Source: Octopus vulgaris
Lineage: Eukaryota
Assembly: GCA_951406725.2 (NCBI GenBank)
Contig: OX597817.1
Coordinates: 23,808,001-23,872,000, forward strand
DNA: 64,000 nt
Reading direction: 5' to 3'
A program made the translations under genes and the position numbers. The notes under the pieces were generated by a model, which was not told the DNA's origin, searched no databases, and saw only the letters and a list, made by a program, of their open reading frames with translations. Shown here piece after piece: positions 56,754 to 64,000 of this stretch; the stretch's first letter is position 1; the number at the start of each line of letters is the position of its first letter.

Positions 56754-58878
56754 GATCACAAGAGAATCTAAGATTCTCATCTTGCGTAACATTTTACGTT
56801 CAAAGTGAATATATCCCTTTAATCTTATTTGTTTGTAAGAGAAGTGCGTAGCCCGAAATCATGCAATTCCGAAAAGAGAAATAATTCAATTAAGAGGTAT
56901 TTGCTTGATTTTTATGAGAAAATATAAGAAACAGGTGCATGGTACACAAATTTTTCAGTCTCATGGATGTAACATAAAAGTGAAATGGTTTCTAAAACTA
57001 TCCAGCTTTTCATGTTAACAGAGTAACATATAGACAGGTTTGTTACTCTTACATCTCAGTTTTCTTTGGTACAGTCATAGGCTCGTTGATATGTGTTTCC
57101 ATAGAATGTTTTGGCAGATTAATGCTTGTATATGTGCAAATGTTTTTTGATTTTATTCAGTGATAGAATGGCTGAGTGAATGCATAACACAATACGTAGT
57201 TCATTGATAGCATGGTATATCTTGTCTTAAAATATTTTCCTACTTTCGTTTGACTAGTTGCATTCGTTCTCAGAAATGGCAGTAGTGGCAATATCCTAAA
57301 TCAGCTTCAACGACTCCTAATTTTTACAAGAGTAACTCATTATTTTCAAATCGTATGTGAACATATGAGAATTTATGGCTGTAACAGTTATATTTATGTG
57401 ATATTTTTGTATCACTAACACACCTTCAACTTACATTATCTACATTACCTCAATTTCTTTTGATACTTAAATAAGTTATATTTTATCGAAAGAAAACGAA
57501 CACGATCTTTCTATTATTTATCTGATGTAAAATACTTGTTTCGTGTCATCAACGAAAAAAGAAATTGTGTTGATTTTCTATTCACTTTTCAGTATAAAGG
57601 TATTCACTATATTTTCCATTCTTTGTTTTGGTTGACTGCATTAGGGAAAGCACAATGTATTTATTACTTTAAGCAATAATTCTTTTCCTTAACTTTTTAT
57701 AAGACGAAAGTTGAAATTGTATACATTTTAGGTCGTAAATGTTACACTCTTTATTTAATATTAAGTGAAAATCATTAAGCGAAACCGTTAAATTTTATTT
57801 GTCTTGTAAGTTATGGTATAAGTTGTTTACCTTGTGGGATATCATCTAAACTACTGAAAGTTATGTTTCCTGAAATATATGTATGTTAGTGTATGCTGGT
57901 CAATTTTATGAAGAAACTTCCATTTTATTTAAAACATTCTGATGATAGAGATAATGTCTGATCAGCAGTTTTTACATCTTCACAAAATTGTGTATATTAA
58001 CGTACTTAAAAATGAATTATTCGGAGGGTTAACCTGGAAAAAAACATTTACCTACCTTACTGCATCACCTCATTCAAAAACCCTTATCTACTCCTAAGAT
58101 TACTACGATGCTGATTACACTACAAGGTCTTATCTATGGTTGTACAGTTTGGTAGGCTGTCAATAAAAGCTATTATTATGAATCTTCAGGACATTGAATT
58201 TATGTAATCAGCATGGTCTAATAATAATAATAAATACAATACCACGATAATAGACTTTTCAACTTCTTATTTTGCTCTCCATTTATTAAAACATGTAAAA
58301 TTTTGTATTTTAAAAACATTCTAATTAAGATTTAATACAGACTTCACATTTAATCATTTGGACAATAATATGAAAATATAAACTATTCTTTTATTCGTCT
58401 TTATGTGTGCGTATGTATGTGGATGTGTATATGCCAATATGCATGCATTCTTATATGTATACACAAATCCAAATAGTCTATTGAAGTCTGTTGGTACCTA
58501 ATGAACATGAACTTACTTTTTAATGCGTAAAAGCAGATTTTCTGTATAGTATTACATTCCTGCTAGTAAAAAAGCCACACATATTTTGTTCTTTTAGTCA
58601 TAGATTGTTTTGTAGACACAAGAAATGTCAAATAAGTCTCTGATTCTGTCACCATGTTCATATTATATTGACTATACTAGACGTTAGGTGATACATAATT
58701 TCTTTGCCACTTATGTTTCAACCGGTACCACAGGGAACATTCCACCGGTTGGTATTTGCAATTTTATTTCTTAGTGGGTTTTTATACTGTAAAAATAGAG
58801 AAAATATTGTAATTAGGATACGTATATGAACTAGAAAAGAAATGTGTTCTTTTAAATATTACTTTTGGATTAATTTAT

Positions 58879-60905
58879 TGTTGTAAGGAATTAGTAATAA
58901 TAGTACACTCCTCCAACGTGACGTGTGGAATGAACTAGCCACTATAATTAAAGTGAGGTCGGCCAGTATCAGAGAGCACTTAGTAGGTGAAGAGATAGTC
59001 GTGTCTTTATTGGTTTTACTAAGTATATTGTATACCGAAGGGGCGTTATAATATTCGAACATAATAAAAAATTATAACAGTGGCATCGAGGATTTAAACA
59101 AGTCATGAGAAATTAACATCTCACGGGGAGTTAACAAGCTCACAAAAGGTTTTACTTTCCTATTTTTACGAAAATGAATCGTACAATTACGGAAAATTTG
59201 TTGGCTGGTTTGCTCGAGTTTGCAAAAATATCAACAAGAGCAACTGAAAGAACAACAATAGTAACAGATACTGACAAGAAAACCTTCGGACATAAACTTC
59301 AATGATATAATAGATATACTGGGTAAAATTTTCAGCGAAAGAAGCTCATTGTTCAATACACGTTGGAAGTGTCTGAACATACAGAAAAAGAACGACGAGG
59401 ACTACATCACATATTCTGGTAGAGTAAACAGGGAATGCGAGAAATTTAAGCTGGAGGAATTAACGCCAGATATGTTTAAATGCCTCATTTTTACACAGGA
59501 TACTGCCGAAAAGGACGCAGAAGTTAGAACTAGAATTCTCGCAAAGCTGGAATAAAACCAGGATGTAAGCCTACAGCAAGTGTCAAAAGAATGTGAAAGG
59601 ATAGTCAAATTAAGGCACGACACAAAGGAAATTGAACGTAAAGCTTGTTTCCAAGCAAAGCCAGTGCGAAATAGTCAGAATTGAGATACAGGATTTTCTT
59701 AAAAGAAAAACAAAAAAAAAACAAAAAAAAAACACGACAAAAATCAGGAAATAAACCCATGTTTTACATGTGGAGGTATGAACCCATTTAAAAAAGCGGA
59801 GTGCTTTCATTGTGGAAATATAGGACATGTAGAGACGCACTGTAGAACGGAGGTAATAAAACGTCAGAACAAAGGAAGAAGAATAGATATTATGTCATCG
59901 GAAGAAATTGATAATATAACGATGAGGAATATTGTGAAGGTGAAAAATCAGAAATACACGTGTTGAAATACAGTTGGATACTGGTAGTGATATCACCATT
60001 ATAAACGAAAAAACTTGGAAATATGACAGTAAGCCGAAATTGATTAAATCTAAAAAGGTAACATATGGTGTTACGGGGAAAAGATTATATTTTCTCGGTG
60101 AATTTGTATGTAACGTAACATTTCGAGGTCAAACGGAAAAAGCGAAGATTTATACGTTAAAAAATTCATTTAATTTATTCTGCCCAGAGTTGATGGAACT
60201 ATTCAATGCATGGAATACTTCCATAAGTATTTTACGTAGAAATAAAGTCGCCTCGGTCGAAGGTTCAAATGCGGCTGATGGACAGAAACAAAAAAGAAAG
60301 CAGTAAAAGAAAGTGGAACACATACTTAAATAAAATCGAAATGCACCGTTCTCGAAAAATTTCCCAAGATAAAAGGTAAACCTTGAGAAAAAGTAGAAGT
60401 TCCGTGGTCGAGACTACACATCGATGTAGCGGGTCCTTTAAATAGTTCTTACTACTTAATGAAAGTTGACAGTTTCTCGAAATGACCTGAAATTTGTAAG
60501 CGTAAATAATCAACCTCCGCAACTGTAATATTTCTTTTAACACGAACTGCTTGCAAGATTTGACATCCCAGACAAGGTAGTGTCTGATAATGGAACGCAG
60601 TTTGAGTCTAGAGAAAAAAAAAACTTTTGTGAAATTTTCGCGGTAAAACATATAACTACGGTACCATACCATCTCAGACCTAAGTGATAGGCAGAACGCT
60701 TTGTCGATACCTTCAAGAGAGCCCTTAAAAATCGAATAAGGAAGTCACGGATGATGTAGCTCTACAACAATATTTAAGAGTGTACCATGTGACACCAAAT
60801 ACGAATACACCAGTAGGTAGGTCACCAGGGGAGCTGATGTTTGCAAGGAAACTAAAATCAATCTTTGATAAATTGCTATCTCGCAAGAAAAGAGTAAGTG
60901 CCAGG
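58879..60905 (+). mobile_element. Decayed Ty3/Gypsy element: 5' LTR, PBS, gag, protease and integrase, with no RT/RNase H
   Basis: LTR 58879-59079 (TGTTGTAA...TTATAACA), PBS-like TGGCATCGAGGAT at 59081, gag SLFNTRWKCL..FKCLIF, knuckle CFHCGNIGHVETHC, protease LDTGSDITI, integrase VVSDNGTQF, AERFVDTFKRAL and SPGELMF. Confidence 0.85.
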
Positions 60906-60909
60906 GATT

Positions 60910-61214
60910 GTGTCGAAAACGATGAAAGCTTTTTGAAAACATTGCGTATGCCTCTGAGCAGGTATCGCCAAGCTTTTCGCAAAATTTGATGCAGATTCTC
61001 TGCTTAACTTTCTCTGACATGATCAATGCGATGATAACACGGTACACACCTTCCTTCTAAGAACTGCCGTAAACAGCGGTAGTAAGCTAGAACGTTAAAT
61101 TTTGGTACACAGGCACAGCAGAGTTCAAGGTCAATCTGTACCAAGAGGCTTTACTCAGCGTGCTTCAGCTTTGTTACTATGGCAACAGTCTGCATACTAA
61201 TTAATCAGGCAACG
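60910..61214 (-). mobile_element. Mariner 5' fragment that truncates the Gypsy element
   Basis: MSEKVKQRICIKFCEKLGDTCSEAY is a mariner N-terminal HTH start. TIR-like end TA|CGTTGCCTGATTAATTAGTATGCAGACT. Confidence 0.8.
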
Positions 61215-61454
61215 TATGTAGGTTTCAGTTGGTAGTGTTTGTGGGTGTCACATGCGTTGGCATGAATGTGTTTATATATGTATACCGGAAGCACTTGTGT
61301 TAAATTCGAGATCGTATAATTGAAAAAAAGTTCCTCTATGTATACCGGTAAGTCAGTGTGTGTGTGTGTGTGTGTTTGTGTGCGTGTGTGTCTGTCTGTC
61401 TGTCTGTCTGTCTGTGACATCGTCTGTATGAATTTGATATATGAAAAGTTTGAA

Positions 61455-62312
61455 GACAACAAGGTTGTGTATTAGGTCTGTGGGAACTGAAATTTCCGAA
61501 AAGAAAGCTACTGTTCTCTCTCAAAGAGAGCTGGAGGTTATTACTTTGCAAAGACGAATTTAAAAGCGGAAAGGTAATCTTTAGAATTGTCAGTAAGTCG
61601 GAAACTACCAGAAGTAGTGAAGCCGTTACCGAGTCGGATGCCTCTAAGCTACTCCACGAATCAGTGAAGCCGTTACCAAGTCGGATGCCTCTAAGCTACT
61701 CCACGAATCAGTGAAGCCGTTACCGAGTCGGATGCCTCTAAGCTACTCCACGAATCAGTCTACAAGTAGGCAGCTAGTTTGTTCGTTATACAGGGAACCA
61801 AAGAAGAAGCACTTAATATCATAAATAATTTTGTAAGAAATGCAGCTGAAAGAGTCAGGATGCGGAAAGATTGATTTTTAGGTCTGTTGAGGTTGGTGGT
61901 GCTAGGAAGGTGTGAGCAGTTTTGACAACAGGTGTGGATGTTGGAGTGAATATGGTAAGGGAGAAGATATCGGCAAACCGTTTTCAGATGTTGTGAGAGT
62001 GCATAAACCAGAGGCAGGATTCACAAGGGTATCAAAGAGAAGTGACAGAATCGGATTGTAGGCGTAGGGTGAAGCAAAGTACTGTCTGCTTGAGAAATAA
62101 TGTGCATGGCTGAGAGTCGAGAAAGAATGGAATATAAGAGGCAATGAGGTGGTTGTGAAGTAAATGAAAGAAGTGCGGTCAAAGCTAATTAGGTCATGAT
62201 AAGAGTATCCTCTTCGAATAAATAGGTTGATCATACGTTGAGATTGGCTTCGAATGTCATGGCTGCGGATTAGTTATAGGAAAAGGAGGCGCCTTGAGAG
62301 ATTTTAAGCGGT
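61455..62312 (-). pseudogene. Penelope-like element RT-thumb to GIY-YIG remnant
   Basis: SQSQRMINLFIRRGY, then DSFSCISYKIIYDIKC...LYNEQTS..L..*FVE (cf. C.S.NIIY.I.C....YIGQT.R.L..RF.EH) and a REQ.L.F C-terminus. Confidence 0.75.
61616..61759. repeat. 47-bp unit x3 tandem repeat
   Basis: AGTGAAGCCGTTACCGAGTCGGATGCCTCTAAGCTACTCCACGAATC three times, with one G>A change in unit 2. Confidence 0.97.
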
Positions 62313-62419
62313 ATTTAATACAGACTTCACATTTAATCATTTTGGACAATAATATAAAAATATAAACTATTCTTTTATTCGTCTTTAAGTGTATGTATGT
62401 GTATAGATGTGTGTATCCC

Positions 62420-62948
62420 CAAAGCATCGCTCAAATCATCGGACTCTTCCTCCCTAACTTTACTGTTTTCGTCGTGTAATGCGAGTCGTTTTGCTTTCCT
62501 ACAGGCCTTCTGACAAATTCTCGCTCATTAAAAAGTCACAGAGAATGGCATTTCATACTAGTCAAGGATTTGTGTGCATCTCTTCCCAGGCACATTGAAG
62601 CAATTATTCAAGCTAAGAGAATATTAACATTGTACGGTAACTTTTTGAAATGAACATTATGTTATAAATTTTCATTATAGACATTTTTCTGTTCTAAAAC
62701 TTTGTATCTTCATTGATTTATGTGAGGTCGCCAAAAACTTTTGTACGGCCATTTTTGGTCGACGTCTTGCATCTTCCCCCTTTCATTCAGAACCCCTACT
62801 ACAAAATATAATAATTAGGTATGGAATGACTCCATCAGGGCTGATGTTTCATCTGTAAAGAACGCAATGCGAAACATCCACTTATAAGTTGGCAATTAGT
62901 AAAAATTTCTAATCGTTTAAAGCGGCCGAAGACCTTTGCAAGGTACTG
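62420..62948 (+). mobile_element. Tc1-like 3' remnant
   Basis: LVKDLCASLPRHIEAIIQAK resembles the Tc1 C-terminal SMPRR..AVI.AKG. TIR-like AAAAACTTTTGTACGGCC and GACCTTTGCAAGGTACTG lie downstream. Confidence 0.55.
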
Positions 62949-62975
62949 AATATAACTACACACACACACACACAC

Positions 62976-63071
<96 letters not shown>

Positions 63072-63210
63072 AATAACTCTCTTATAATTTATGTATCTTA
63101 TAATTTATGTATAAATTTGTATTATCTCCCTAGTTTTATGTGCTAAGCCACTTGGTGTTAAACTGATGGTATTATTAAATTAATATCAAATTTTTCACCC
63201 TCATTTATAA

Positions 63211-63270
<60 letters not shown>

Positions 63271-64000
63271 TATATATATATTGCGTATAAATGTATCAAT
63301 ATTTTTGTCCTTAAGTTTCTGTATACACAGGCGCATTGATTGATATAAAATTTGCTGAATTCATATTTGAAACTGTTTCATCCAGTTTTTTCTTATTTTT
63401 TCCTTCTTCATTCACTGTGTCTTTGTTATTTTAACTGCCATACTCAACATTTTTCTTTTTCCTCCTTCGATGTAATAGATCTTTCATACATTACCGTGAG
63501 ATACAGTTATATTATAAAAAATATGAAATATGAAAGAGTAATAATAATGATAATAATAATAATAATAATAATAATAAAGATGATGATGATGATGATGACG
63601 ACGACGACGATGATAATAATAACATAAACAATAATGACCACAACAGCAAACCAACAACATGGCGGATAATGATAATCTTTGCCAGGTTTGTCTTGCCCCG
63701 TAAATATTTTTATAATAAACATATCATTTGCTAACTGCGGCATCCTAATCAACGCAATTTCTCAAAAAAAAAAAAATTCTTTGGACTGCATATACTTCTC
63801 ATTATTTCTGTTTTTGTTTCCTATGTTCTGTCATAAAAGATAACTAGAATTCTTCTCATATATTTTTTTCTTTATGTACGCATGCATATATGTGTGCTTG
63901 CGAGTGTTGTTGTTGTTGTGTGTGTGTGTGTGTGTGTGTGTGTGACGGACTATGTGTTTGTAAGGATGTGCCTTTGTGTGTGTGTATGATGTTTTTGCTG

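Larger units (their letters stand above)
58330..62417. repeat. ~105-bp direct repeat pair 4 kb apart (58330-58435 and 62313-62417)
   Basis: ATTTAATACAGACTTCACATTTAATCATTT..GGACAATAATAT.AAAATATAAACTATTCTTTTATTCGTCTTTA occurs at both sites. Confidence 0.9.

Noticed and set aside
61616-61759. CRISPR-like array
   Set aside because: The units are contiguous with no unique spacers, and the context is a eukaryotic transposon.

Overview
AT-rich eukaryotic (metazoan) genomic DNA that is almost entirely repeats. The SINE and microsatellite repertoire suggests an Octopus-like cephalopod, but this is inference. No host gene can be assigned with confidence, and nearly all of the short ORFs supplied are translations of (TA)n, (CA)n, (TATG)n, (GATA)n, (AAT)n or (AAG)n. 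The main content is: (1) an 11-kb cluster at 31.2-42.1 kb of R4/Dong-clade RLE non-LTR retrotransposons sitting in (TAA)n tracts, including a nearly intact 4-kb copy broken by only two single-base frameshifts; (2) many Penelope-like element (PLE) remnants, plus a dispersed family of ~160-200-bp non-coding elements that each carry a minimal hammerhead-ribozyme (HHR) fold, and inverted-repeat structures that contain HHR halves; (3) several tRNA-derived SINE families, including a head-to-tail SINE array with a recurrent junction; (4) decayed mariner/Tc1 elements, a hAT-type MITE, a non-autonomous Helitron and a Gypsy element lacking RT/RNase H; (5) several local duplications. All calls come from reading the sequence by eye; no database searches were run.
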